DNA from: Octopus sinensis
Taxonomy: Eukaryota
Assembly (NCBI RefSeq): GCF_006345805.1
Contig: NC_043014.1
Location: 23,126,001-23,190,000 of the forward strand
Reading direction: 5' to 3'
Length of the DNA stretch: 64,000 nt
The translations under genes and the position numbers were made by a program. The notes below the pieces were generated by a model that made no database searches, was not told the origin of the DNA, and was given only the letters and a program-made list of their open reading frames with translations. Of this stretch, positions 48,355-61,925 are shown piece after piece (the stretch's first letter is position 1; the number at the start of each line of letters is the position of its first letter).

Positions 48355-50730
48355 TTATCTTGACATCACACAGTAGTTGTAAACAAGACTTGGTGTCATA
48401 CACTATGTGTCCCTTGTTCCCAATCTTCAGTGAAAACATATTCAGCCATGTGGAAATATTACCTTGCTTGTAAACTGGACTGGCAACAGGAAGGGCATCT
48501 GGCCATAGAAATTCTGCCTTAAATTCTGCTCAACCCATGCATGTTATGGAAAATTGAGCATTAAATGATGATACACCAAAACACTCACACACACATACAA
48601 GCACATACAACAATTACCTTAGGGAAGCTGGGTTTTGTGACGTTCATGTTTTACTTGAAACATTAGCAACTGAAATGGTTTCAACTGAGAATTGAAACAG
48701 CACTTTGGATTAATCCAAGTCTTGTTGGGGAAATGAATAAAAGGAAATTGCATGGAATCCTGTCAACACGGACTATACTTGTAATTCAAATGTAAAGCCT
48801 TGTTACATGTTTTGTCATGCTGATTCTTTCTGGAATAGTCAACCACATACACTGTAGAGCAGTGAGTAGTAATTCAGTTGACTAAACAACTGGGAAACTC
48901 ATTGAAAGCTTTTCGTTTAATGTACATATACATGCATACATACATCCACATAGATAATGATAATGTTGATGTTAATGATAGTAGTAGTATAGTAGACTTT
49001 TAAATCTGCCTGTCCCCTAATAAACATTCCAACAATTCCCTTTAATTCAGGGGTGGGGGAGGCTAAAGCCACTTGCTGGTTCACACAATGTGTTTTGCTA
49101 CAAAGGGAAGGAGAGCGTTTTGAATTTGGATTCAGGTGTATTCAGATCTTTGTTGTTCTTTAAGTCTATTCATACCTGTGTTGTATCTATCACCAATAGT
49201 AAAGAATGTTTGGAGAAAATGTGTCTGGAAAAATGGGAATATAGTAAGCTTCCATGTTAGTAATGGTGTGTCAGATAAGATACTAACTCTACCTGGTCAC
49301 TTAGTCCTGAAAGTTAGTTTATTGGTAAACTAAAATACTGTTGATGTACATAAGTTTCACCCAAAATTCTCAGTCCTAATGCACCATATAATAAATGTTA
49401 AGACTAATTAATTTATTGTTTAGTAAAAGTAAGTGTTTATCTGGGATACAGTACTAAACTGTCATATTTAGTCAACTTCAATGCAGTCTTATATATAATG
49501 TGACCCCTAATTTTGTATCTAAAAATATTTTTGTCTATTTTTCTTTACACTCATAGTATAATGCTACCCATTATTTTGGCCCCCATGTTTGTATTAAATT
49601 TCTCGTATTATATATACACATTGAGCAAATATGGTAATACAGTTGATGTACATTAGTTTTCTCCTCAAAAGCCTTGTCAACTAAATCTTCTCCATTTCCA
49701 TTAAATATGCTAAATTATGCACTGTTCTTTATGCAGGTAATTTACCTGAATTATTTTACTCTTTTTAGTTATTCAACCATACACTAGTATATGAATAGTT
49801 ACTTGCTTGACTTTTTGGTGATCAAGAAGCAATCAACCCTATCCATTGTGGAACGAGCCTAGTCACTTATAACAAATATTCACATCATATTCACCTAGAA
49901 ATGCCCACCTTATTAGGTCATTCTTTCTGTAGCCAGCCATTGAATATCTTCTCTTTGATGTCCATGGCTTTCAGTTTCCCACTTGTCCCCAAACATTCAA
50001 GGATTTATCTTCTAACATAATGTCCAATAAACTTAGACTTTATGTTAAGCTTTCTGCTGGTTTCTGTTTATCCAACCCTTTAGCATTTAGAGTGGCCATA
50101 TCCAGCCCAAATATTCTACCAGTTTTGTGTTCAAACTGTGAAGATCCAGCCTCTTACATCTACTCTACAATATTATTCTAAAAATATACAGTCACATCAT
50201 CAGAATCTCAAAGCTGAGGTAATGCATGATTAATTCAAAGCAATGTAAATAAATAAGAATTAAATTTGGCTGAATAATCACAATACTAAAGGGTTAAAGA
50301 TTTTGGCAATTGTCACCTTTGTAGGACATCATTCAGCATAAAATAATATTACTACTTTTTTTCTCTTTACTGTATACCTATTTCTAATTATTACTTAGAT
50401 AATTAAATATGTTTACACCAACATACCTATTGTTTTTCATGTAAAAGTTTTTCTGAATTATTTTAATTTTGAAAAATCTAAAAATCATTTTGGTTTAAGA
50501 TTCATTAGAAACATATTTCTGTAATTAGAAAGAATTTAGAAGTTTTAATTTAATTGGCTTATTTTAGGAGACACAGAAAAATTTTAAATTGTAAATATAT
50601 TTTTAAAAAACCCTCTATAGTCAAATAAAGACACAAATAAATGAGTTTATTTTATTTCTGAAATATTTAGAAACAGAAAATTAAAAGAAAACAAAAACAA
50701 AAAAAACTAATTAAACTGAAGAATTGTTCA

Positions 50731-50938
50731 ATACTTGTTTCAGTCATTTAACTGTAGCCATGCTGTGACACTGCCTTGAAGGATTTTAATCTAACAAATC
50801 AATCTCAGGACTTATTTTTTAAAGCCTAGTACTTATTCTATTGGTCTCTTTTGCTGAACTGCTAAGTTACAGAGATATAGACACACCAACACCAGTTGTC
50901 AAGTAGTGGTGGTCGAAAACACAGACGTGCACATGCAA

Positions 50939-50969
<31 letters not shown>

Positions 50970-51115
50970 ATAAGCTTCTTTCAACTTCTGTCTACCAAAT
51001 CGACTCACAAGGCTTTGGTCGACCCAAGGCTAGAGCAGAAGACACCTGCCCAAGGTGCCACACTGTTAAACTGAACTTGGAACTATGTGATTGAGAAGCA
51101 AGCTTCTTGCCACAC
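50731..51115 (-). mobile_element. tRNA-derived SINE (family 1); other copies ~8265-8515 (-), 21215-21400 (-), 63215-63590 (+)
   Basis: Reverse complement of the head/body seen at 58482-59060 (GGCACCTTGGGCA..GACCAAAGCCTTGTGAGT..CAAAAGAGACC.ATAGAATAAGTAC). Confidence 0.8.
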
Positions 51116-51770
51116 CTATTTTATTCTTTTACTTGTTTCAGTAATTAGACTGTAGCCATGCTGGGACACTGCTTTGAAGAGGTTGATCAAACAAATTGAC
51201 CCCAGTATTCTTTTTAAAGCTTGGTACTTGTCCTATCAGCCTCTTTTTGCTGAACTTGCCCTTCATTTAGAAAGATAATTCCTTTATTTACTGTAGTGTC
51301 TTGTCTAATGTAATTGGGGTGTCCTATATTGTGCAATTTAACCCTTTAGCATTCAGATTGCTCTGTCAAAAGTAATGCTTTTTTATTCACATTGTTTTCA
51401 AAAAACCATGCATTATCTTGTAGATTCAAGATTCTGATGCTGTGATTATTTTAGTTTTAGAATGACATTGTTGGGTAAGTGTGAAAAGCTCAATCTGGCT
51501 GGTTTGAACATAAAACAGATCGAATATTTGAGCATGATATAGCTGGTTTAAATACTAAAGAGTTTTAAAAAGAAAACTGATTTTGTTATCTAAATAATGC
51601 AAAATTTAATGTTTCTTATTCAATATATAACATTAATTTCTAATTGACCAATGAATTCTAATCAATTTATTGATTTATTTATTTTACAGATATCTCATTA
51701 CTAAAAATCAAGAATTTATCACTTGAGATCGCAGAGCTGAATGAAGTATTTTTAAGTAAAACTTGTAACC

Positions 51771-51858
51771 ATGATGGCACATCATCCTATTCCAATGCAA
51801 CTCTGTCAGGAGTTGGTCCTTTTGTTAATTATGATCCTTGCTACCTTAATTAAAGGAG
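51771..51858 (+). CDS. Putative first coding exon (exon 51690-51858) of a secreted or membrane protein; signal-peptide-like
   Basis: Acceptor TTTATTTATTTTACAG|A (AG 51688-51689) and donor GGAG|GTAAGT. ATG 51771 gives MMAHHPIPMQLCQELVLLLIMILATLIKG plus a phase-1 intron. No homology is recognisable and no partner exon was found. Confidence 0.55.
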
Positions 51859-52399
51859 GTAAGTCCACTTTGATTCACATCCTCCTAACATCACTTCAGA
51901 TATATGTTTTTTTTTTGCTTGAGTAATTTCAGTTTTATCAAATCATTAACTATTTTCATTGTAACCTGCCTGACATCATCTCTAAATTCTGTCTTTCAGT
52001 TTATAACCCTTTTGATTCTAACTCATGTGACACTTCTCTGTATCTCTGGTACAAGACTGTCAATTTTAAAATGTACATAATTTAAATTAAAACCTACCAT
52101 TATAATTTTATAAAAGAACACATTACAATACATTCAGTAGCAGAGTTTATAAAGATGCCCTATTGTCTTATGTCATATGTTTGGTTTGATTATATTTCTT
52201 AACATTTTGGGTGCAGATCCTACTATGGTTGACTTTACCTTTCATTCTTTTGAGGCCAGTAAAATATGCACTAGTTTTCACCCTTAAAGGCATTGCCTCA
52301 GCACAGCCATAATCTAATGATTGAAACCAGTTATAGAATTACTGGCTAGCTTTGTTTTCAGGATCATAAATTTAGGCAGAATTTCGCACTCTTTTCTAC

Positions 52400-52760
52400 T
52401 GACATTCTACCTGTGACCATATCTTTTGCCTGATAAAATATGTCCAGCACTGAATAATCCAGTATGTCCATGGTAAGGTGAAGTTTGATGCAGATTTGGC
52501 TTGTTTCTGGAGGTTACTTATATCAACTACAACTATGTCAAAGAATGAGCTTGGATACACCAAATTAAAAACGCACCCCTCTCTCTCCTTCACAGCAATT
52601 GCATTTATCACACTCTTTCATGAAGTCTCATAGAGACAGTCATAGACATGGACTGCTAGTTTCTTCAAATACCATGTTTTATAAAGTGTGGTATATTTGG
52701 AGTAAGGGACCTATGATTGACTTTATACATTTGACCAACATTTGAGAGATCTACATGATT
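52400..52760 (-). mobile_element. Highly degenerate CR1/L2-like RT relic
   Basis: Residual IIGPLL..Y and ..DDC motifs on the - strand; weak. Confidence 0.35.
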
Positions 52761-54079
52761 AGGATTAACCTACTATTAAATAAGAACACATGTAGAATAA
52801 TTAATAGCATTCCATTTATGGTGAATTCACTAATATTTTTTTGTGTATGTGAGTGTTCAAAAGCACACAAACCCAGTCTCCAACTAAATTTCCTTGTAAA
52901 TAACTTGATCTGTTACCTGCTACACCTGCTAGAGATGTAACAATACTGGCCCTATCTGACCCAAATAGTCTTCCTGTTTTGTGTTCAAATCATCCAAATC
53001 CTCTCACACCCTACACTACAATATCACTCTAAAAATAAACAATCATGTCATTGAAATCTTGAGGCCATAAGATAATACATGGTTAATTCAAAACATTCAA
53101 AATAATGTGAATAAATAAGTAGACTACATATGTTTAAAAAAAACTCAATTCAGTTAGCTGTCTTTATAGACTGTTCCACCATTTTTATCCACATTCTTTC
53201 TTTTCCTCTCATCTGCCTACTTAATTTACTTAAGAACAGGGCAGTTTCCCTACCCTTATCTTCTGCTTCAAATAACAATTGAAGTTAGTTGGGGTTTCTT
53301 TGAAGAGACGAACAAAAAGAAACACCTACCTGACTGCAAGTCAATAGTCTAATCTCTCATTCATAGCTAATTGTTGCTTTCCAACATATCTTATTCAAGA
53401 GATTGATTTATATACATTTTTAGATTTTTTAATATTGTTGCTAACCCTTTCATTCACCTCATATTCTTGTATGCTGAAAGAGATAATTAAAAGGCAGGAT
53501 AGAAAACACTTTTAAAAATAGGAACCCTTATGATTAAAATAGTCATGGAACATACAAAACTAACCCTCTACTTTATCAGGGAAGTAGCCTTATAACAGTT
53601 GATGACATATTTTTGACTAATATATATGATCACCAATATATATATATTGATGATCATTATTATTCGGGACAGTGGAGTAATTGCTCAATTTTTTTTTTTT
53701 TGTGGGGTCAGAATAAATATACAAAAACTCAAAAGCTAAAGTAGTGAGATGAAATATGTAGTGATGGGTATGTGATCATAAATTAAAATATATACTGAGA
53801 CCAAAGTTGATTATGTGTTCATATTTAGGTGTGTTCTGTATTTTTTGATAAATAAATTTTCTTTATTTAAATGTTCTTGTACAAAAATTGTTTCTTTGCA
53901 TTAGTAGATGGGGAAAACTATGAAATTTGGTTGGATATTACCTGCACATCACTCTGTGTTCACTCAAAGGAATTTTGTTACTATTTGGTTGTTGACTTTT
54001 TTATCATAATATCTAAGAAAGGAAGCTGTTCTTTGCTATATTCCATAGTGAATTGAATGTTAGGCTTTATATTATTTAT

Positions 54080-54890
54080 TAATTTAAATTCCAAAAGTTT
54101 ATCAATGGTCTCATTCCAAGTGATAAAGCAATCATCCAGATATCTCGTCCAGTTCTCTCATATAATGGATATCCATATTTTTGCAGTGACATTTCATGTA
54201 TGGTGAATTCAAAATATCCCATTATTAGGTTGACAAGAACAGGGAATGCTTTCGTTACCATCACAATTCTGCTTTTTTGACAATAGTAGGTGTCAATATA
54301 GGAAATAATTGTTCTGAAGTATAAATTTTAAAGTTCCAATAATAAAAACCCGGTTTATGCATTCCAGAAGTTCTTCAAAGTACTTTTCTAGCCAGCATTT
54401 TATTGCTTCTATTCCATAGTCATGTGGAATATTGGTGTAAAAATTAATAACATCAAAGGAAACCAATAATATCTGTTCACTAGTTGTTTTTGGTACGTGC
54501 TCAAGTATATCTAGATTGTCTCCAATGAAGCCTTTGATGTATTTCAGCAAGAGTTTCAGTAGGATGTCTAGAAAATTGCTCAGGCAGTGGATTTCAGAGA
54601 CTGGGCCAGCTATAATGGGTTTTAACTTTAAATCTTCTGGCGCTAGGATCTTTATGTAATTGCCTGGTGGTTGTTTGCAGACTTCATTAACCATTTTGCT
54701 CTTGTATATTTTAGGTAGGCCATAAAAGACTAGATTTACATTTAAACTTCATGATATAATCTATTTCTTTTTCGTAGAAGGTATCGTTTTCTAGCATAGA
54801 TAATACTAGGCTTTTGTAGTATTGTGTGTCCATCAGATCTACAGCACTTCCTTTGTCTGCTTCTTTAATTATCAGTTCTTTGTGACATAG
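54080..54890 (-). mobile_element. Penelope-like element RT fragment
   Basis: EADKGSAV.LMD..YY, FYGLPKIYK, KPIIAGPVSEIHCLSNFLDILL, LVSFDVINFYTNIPH and FILQNNYF are PLE RT motifs; frameshifted. Confidence 0.85.
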
Positions 54891-55181
54891 GAACTTGATG
54901 CATCCCTGTTGCTTGCCAGATCATGGCAAACTGTCCAAACCATGCCAGCAGGGAAAGCAAACATTAAATGATGGTGATGAGGAGGAGGGGGACGATGACG
55001 ACAATTTTATACACACACACATATTTAAAATCTTTGATATTTTTCTGAGATCATTTCTGATCAAAAAGTGTGTGCCATAGAATTAAGCTTATCTTCTAAT
55101 ACACATCTTATGGTCATGTGATGTAACATTAATCATAACAGCATATATATAACACTGGGAATGACTGTTGGAATATGTTAA

Positions 55182-55550
55182 TCTTTCTATATATAAAGCT
55201 GAAGTTGTCTGTGTATAGCAGGTTTGGTAGCCTTCAACTAACACTATCTCATCCAAGACCCTGCAGCACAAGTTGACCAAAATTGCTCTTCCTTCCGTAG
55301 AAGAAAAAATTCAAATCAGACCATGTTAACACCAAAAATTATTTACATCAAAAAGGTGCTTTTTTTCTATGAAAATCCCTATTTTTTACGATTTTTTGAC
55401 TGCTGTGTCACCATTTTTCGGTGTATTTCAACCAGAAAAATGTTCACTTAAAGAGAATAACAAGCTACATAATGCAAAATTTTTACTTTTCAAAAATTCC
55501 AATTCTAAAGGGTCAAAACAAACCCGAGCAACGCCAGGCGATACTGCTAG
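55182..55550 (+). mobile_element. Second copy of the Helitron-like element
   Basis: Homologous to 28187-28544; ends ACCCGAGCAACGCCAGGCGATACTGCTAG|T. Confidence 0.75.
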
Positions 55551-55875
55551 TATGGTTGATATAGTTGGGATAATCAATCTGTTGGTTGTTTTGATCAACA
55601 GTCATTTGACTATCTCCATGGTATGGGTTTGTTCAGTCTGAGCTCATCAGACCCACCCAACAACTGGGTCAGTGAATCAATAATAGAAGAAATGTTATTG
55701 ATGCAGATCTTAGAGGAAGCTATAAAGAAAGTAGTGTTATCTGTTGGCTCTCTTTATTATGTGGTAGGCTTGTTTTTTTTTTTTTGTTTTTTTTTCTAAT
55801 GCTATTTATTGGGGAAAATTATTTAACAAAGAACTTGTTTTTAACTCAGATTCAGTATTTGGGTTTGGGTATTTT

Positions 55876-57873
55876 TATTGTATCCTTAAAATGTTGGATT
55901 GTTATAATACCCACTTCAGTATACAGTATACTTAGTAAAACCAGCAAAACACCTATGTACTCCCATACTTCACGTACTTCTCTTTACTTATAGTGTCTAG
56001 GCTATTCCATTCATCACGCGAGAGGTGTGTACCATTATTTCTAATTCCCTACAACATTTCCCCTTTTGTGTTTTTCTTAGGAAATATCATTTTATTTAGC
56101 AATAATTTTTTTATCCCCCCCCCCCGGTAAAATTTACTATTTTTTGCGTTTGGCATCTATTTTCTTTTCCTCTCACTTGTATACCTGGGTTCAATCACCT
56201 GCAGTGGCATTGGTACTTGGAACGTATCGTACAACCATTCCATTGGTTCCTCTACTTCTTTGATTTGCTTTCCATGAATTTCTTTTTCAGTTGGTTCCTG
56301 TGTCTCTTTTTGAATACCTTTTCTACATTTACCCAATACATTATTTTACTTATGCATTTGGTAATTATGCCATCTTTCCAACTCTGCTTTCCATTCTTGT
56401 ATACCCTCATATTCACCTTTTCACCAACTTTAAAGAATCTTGCTATGTCTTCCCTGGTACTTTTTCTTTTCTTGCCAGGTAACAATTTATCAAAGATTGA
56501 TTTTACTTTACTGGCAAGCATCAGCTCCACTGGTGAACTACCTGCTGATGTATTCAGATTTGGTGTTACACAATACACTCTTAAAAATTGTTGTAGAGCT
56601 ACCTCATCCATGACTTCCTTATTCAATTTTCTTTAGGGCTCTTTTGAAGGTATCAACAAAACATTCTGCCTGTCCCTTAGATCTGGGATGGTATGGTGCC
56701 GTAGTTATATGTTCTACCACCAACATTTAAATTTGCTAGACACAAATTGTGTTCCATTGTCAGACACTATCTTGTCTGGGATGCCAGATCTTGTAAACAA
56801 TTCATGTAAAAAATTTATCACAGTTGAGGAGGTTGGTTTTTACTCTTACAAATTTCAGGCCATTTCAAAAAACTAACTAGTAAGACCCATTTAAAGGACC
56901 AGCAAAATGGGTGTGTAGTCTCGACCATGGAACATCTACTTTTGGCCAAGGTTCACTTTTTATAGTGGGCAATCTTGCTACTACAGCACATCCTCTACAG
57001 CCTATGTCTCTGCTCATTTTTGGCCAGTTTACATAACTGCATTAATACTTTCATCCTTGAAATACCAGTGTGTCCAATGTGAAATTCTCTCAACATTTTC
57101 TTTTGTAGTGTTTCTAGTATCACTACTTTCTGTACATACATCAATACACCATCACACATTGAGTATAGGTTCACGTCTTGGTTTCATTTCGCACCCAATC
57201 TTTACATTCTTTATCAAAGATTTGCTCATAATTTCTGTAGTATGCTTCAAAGGTAACTCCTTCATCAGGTTCATATTTGAACTCTGTTATGGAGTTCGTG
57301 ACATAGTTTATCAAGAACACTTTTTCTGACTTTCCTGACAACTCAGTAATTGTAACATTTGTTGTAATAATATTTGTTGTTATTGTTGCTTCTGATATTG
57401 CTCTTGCAGTTGTATTTGCTGCTGCTGTTGTTCTTGCTGTTTTAACTGCTGCTACTGTTGTTGTTCTTTTAGTTGCTATTGTAGCTATTTTTGCAACTCA
57501 AGCAAACTGGCCCACAAATTTTCCATAATTTTATGAATTTTTTTTCGTAAACTTCCACACAGCCAAAACTTTGTGAGTTTATTAACTCCTCTTTGAGTTT
57601 CTTAATTCCTCATGAGTTATTTAAATCCTCGTTAAGTTTATTAATTCCTTACGAGTTGTTTAATTCCTTGTCAGCACTGTTGTATCTTTAAAATGTTGGA
57701 TTGTTATACTGCTCACTTCGGTATATAATATACTTAGTAAAACCAGTAAAGACACAACTATCTCTGACCACCTACTACATACTCCCATATTTCATGTACT
57801 TCTTTACTTATAGTCACTAGATTATTCCATTCTTCACATAGGAGATGTGTACCAGTATTACTAATCCCCATCA
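55876..57873 (-). mobile_element. Internally deleted Ty3/Gypsy LTR retrotransposon (LTR-gag N-term-integrase-LTR)
   Basis: Direct repeats at 57678-57873 and 55876-56056 (diverged); PPT AAAAGGGGAAA next to the 3' LTR. Q-rich gag start with ITEFKYEPDEGVTFEAYY; integrase HIGHTGISRMK..WP..C..C, IVSDNGTQFVS and YCVTPN..SPVELM. No clear TSD. Confidence 0.85.
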
Positions 57874-58481
57874 GTAAAAGAGTAATGTCATAACAGGGGA
57901 CAGAGGAAATAGATTCTTGTTATCATCTATGATTATATTATTGAGTTTAACATTTATGATAAATTTAAGGTGGTAAGCCGACAGAATCGTTAACACGCTG
58001 GTCAAAATGCTTAGCAGCATGTTGCCCATCTTTACGTTCTGAGTTTGAATTCCACCGAGGTTAATTTTGCTTTTCATTCATTTAGGGTTGATAAATTAAG
58101 TACCAGTTGAGCACAGGGATTGATGTAATCGACTTACTGCACTTCCTAAAATTGCTGGCCTTGTGCCAAAATTTTAAACCAATAATTATGATAAATTTAC
58201 CATTCTGGGTATACAGCACTAACCTAGCACATCTGGCATAGGTACCCCTAACACTGATGGCTACTTTTTTAACTCAGATTTTGTTTGATGTATCTGATAT
58301 CTAAGCATAATGGGACACTGTTTAATGAGTTTACTTCTGTTATTCATTTATTAGTTTCAGTCACTGGATTGCAGCCAAACTGGGACATCCCCTTCAAGAA
58401 TTTTAATCAATGATATTGATCCCAGCACTTATTCCATTCTGAGACTTGTTTTATTAACCACTTTTGTTGAAAGTGGTGTAG

Positions 58482-58721
58482 GAGTGGCTGTGTGGTAAGT
58501 AGCTTGCTTACGAACCACATGGTACCGAGTTCAGTCCCACTGCATGGCACCTTGGGCAAGTGTCTACTACTATAACCTCAGGCTGACCAAAGCCTTGTGA
58601 GTGGATTTGGTTGACAGAAACTGAAACTTATTCTATCAGTCTCTTTTGCCGAACCTCTAAGTTATGGGGACGTAAACACACCAGCATTGGTTGTCAAGCA
58701 ATGTTGGGGGGACAAACACAG

Positions 58722-58788
<67 letters not shown>

Positions 58789-59060
58789 TGTGTGTCTGTG
58801 TTTGTCCCCCAACATCGCTTGACAACCTATATACATATATATATATTTATATGTGTGTGTTTGTGTGTCTGTGTTTGTCCCCCAACATCGCTTGACAACC
58901 AATGCTGGTGTGTTTACGTCCCCATAACTTAGAGGTTCGGCAAAAGAAACCGATAGAATAAGTACTAGACTTACAAAGAATAAGTCCTGAGGTCCATTTG
59001 CTCAATTAAAGGCGATGCTCCAGCATGGCCACAGTCACATGACTGAAACAAGTAAAAGAG
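58482..59060 (+). mobile_element. tRNA-derived SINE (family 1) with an internal inverted duplication
   Basis: Head GAGTGGCTGTGTGGTAAG..GAGTTCAGTCCC; body 58790-59060; an inverted copy of the body at 58627-58728. Confidence 0.85.
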
Positions 59061-59117
59061 TAATGTCTAAGTTTGACATAAACAAGTACAACTCAGTACT
59101 TTAGTTTACACTGGTGA

Positions 59118-59155
<38 letters not shown>

Positions 59156-60812
59156 TCTCTCTCTCTCTCCCTCCCTTTCTCTCTCTCTCTCTCTCTCTCT
59201 GCACACACTCAAATACATGTATGCACACACAATGGGCATCCACAAATTTTGTTTCCAAAATTTCTCTCAAAGGGCATTGATTAATCAAAGTTACAGCAGA
59301 AGACACTTCCCCAATGTGTCAGGATGGGGTTAAATTTAGAAGTTTATTAGTGTTTCTGACTAAACTTCTAAACTACTCACTTATACTTGTGCTTGTATGT
59401 ATGTGTAGGTATTATATGATGATTATGTGCAAAGAAAATAAAGTAATGAGAAGGATGGCAATGATAATGATGTGGATGATAAAGTGGCACAATAATTTTT
59501 TTTTAAATTATGCTAAATATATATAAAAAAAATAATAAAAATACACTGGCTTGATGACTTTCCTTTTGCAGACAAGACAATAAAAATATTTACACTGCAT
59601 CTCAGTAGCATGGGAAGGAAAACCAGGGTAAAAAATTGTTTACAAAGAGCTTCATTGATAAGTCTGCTTTATTTTTAGTAGTAGTTCATGTGTAGCTTAC
59701 GCTTTTAGGAAAATAAATTCTGAAATAAATATGTTTTTGTATTCAGAGATTTTTTTTCATTTATTTTTTAAAAAATTTATATATGTGAGTGTATGTTGTA
59801 ATGTGTGTGTTTCATTCTATTCTATAGTTCGGTGGGTCTCTTCCATCTATGCTGTCATCAATTCTCAAGTTTTATATATGGGTGTGTGTGCATCATGGTA
59901 GCTTATAATAATACGACTGCGTGTATCTATTTCTATCTATTGTGCCCATAATCTATGTATTTCAGTACTTTGGTATGTGTGTCTTTGCCCATGTTTCTCT
60001 AGATGTGTGTGTGTATACGTGACTGAATCTATATACATATACATATTAATTGCCTGTATTTATGTGTGGATATGTATGTTTATACATGATTGTATACTCA
60101 CAACACAGTAATGGTAAGAATGGATATGTATATGCGTGCCTTTTTGCATCAGTGTATCTATATGCATGCACATATTAATTGCAACCATGGATCTGTGAGT
60201 GTGTGTGTGTGAGCATATGTGCTTGCATGCATGTGTGTGCGCATGCGTGACTACTTATTGTTTTGGTTGTTTGAATTCAGCTCGGTGTCAGGGGCATTAT
60301 TGCCAGAGAGAGAGACAGACAGGCAGAGAAAGGCCCCCTCACTTAGATGGGATGACATTATTCTTATAATCTTAAACACTTTACCATACCAACCAGGGCT
60401 TGTGGTGGAGGAGTTCACAGTATAATTGTTGAACAGTTCACTTCATGCAAGCTTTTATTTGTTTTTCCTTGGAACAGAAAATGTAAGACGGAGAGAGAGA
60501 GAGAGAGAAAGAGAGTATGAATTGAGAGAGAAAGAAATATGATTTTATCAAATAAACATTTTCCATGCGCCCGCCTCTCCCATGTGTGTATATTTATGGA
60601 TGTGTGTATACTACATCTGAATGACTTTATTTTAAAGTCTGTAGAGTATCAAAATTGCATAACTGGAGTGACAGCCTCTACATGTTGCTATCTTCTCTGG
60701 CATCCTACCATTTTATCTCTCCACATGTCTGTTTGTGTATCTACAAATTAATCTTTGTCCAGTTATTTTTTTGTCTGTTTTAGTCCAGTACACACACATA
60801 CACACACACATG

Positions 60813-60858
<46 letters not shown>

Positions 60859-61169
60859 CACACACACTCTTTTAGTATGTTTCTACTGTCATATTGCTGT
60901 CTTGCATTTTCTTATGTTTGTGTTACTGTGTCTGTAGCTCTTCACATCTCACACATGCACACATTTTTTTCATATATGTGAGTGTACATTGGGTTAAAAG
61001 CCAAAATATTTCAGTCAAAATGAGGACATATAGAAGGCTCAGATGATGTTAAGTAAACAAGGCAATCATGATAAGTATGTGTGTGTGAGTATACACACAT
61101 ACATATATATGGTTGTGTGGTTAAGAGGATTATTTCATAACCATGTGGTTTGGGGTTCAGTCTCACTGC

Positions 61170-61925
61170 ACAACACATTAGGCAAGTATTGTCAACTCTA
61201 TCCTTGGACTAACTGATGTTTTATGATTGAATTTGGTTGAGAGAATGTGTGTGTATTTATAGTCATTGGGGGTTCTTAAGTTTTTTAAAAAGTAGTTTTT
61301 CAAGCAAGCATATGTAACATCTTTTTGACCCGTCAATATAAGGTTTAGTCTTATAAAGGATCTTCCATTCAATGTTGTAGTTGATGTTCTTGTCCTTAAG
61401 TCTCCAGAGTAATGTTGAAAGAGTTGTTGCATGTTTCTTCTTGAAGTGTCTAAAGGTTATTGTATCTGAATTTAAATTTACCTTCTATGGATCCTATATA
61501 ACATTTGGTCTCTGTCTGGCTGTTGTCATAGCTTGCTGATATCTGTGCTTCATTAAAATGGAGGATATATCACATGCCTACCCTATTGTATATTTAGATT
61601 AATCTCTGAGTGTGCATTCTGGACAGATTTAAGTCATCAGTTGTTTATTGTTGTAGGCTTTTACATTGGTGGGGATATGAATATGTGATTTTAATTGCAT
61701 GCCTATTAAATATCTTTCTATACCAGCTGGGAAAGAGATTATCTAATAACATAAAGATTCTGCTACCTATATTTGTCCTAACATTTATGGAGAAGGGCAT
61801 AATGAACCAGAAAATATTGCAGGGCCTATTATGACTAGGTGGTTGAGAAGGTGGAGGGTTACAAAAGATTTTACTAGTGAGGCCACTATCCTGTAAAATC
61901 TTATTATAATATGGGGATGTCACAC
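61170..61925 (-). mobile_element. Penelope-like element C-terminal / GIY-YIG region relic
   Basis: NIFWFIMPFSINVRTNIGSRIFMLLDNLFP..KIFNRHAIKITYS resembles the PLE IIWFNPPFS.NV.TNIG..KIFNRN..K.SYS segment. A downstream C..C.L.EK-like motif is present but degenerate. Confidence 0.75.
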
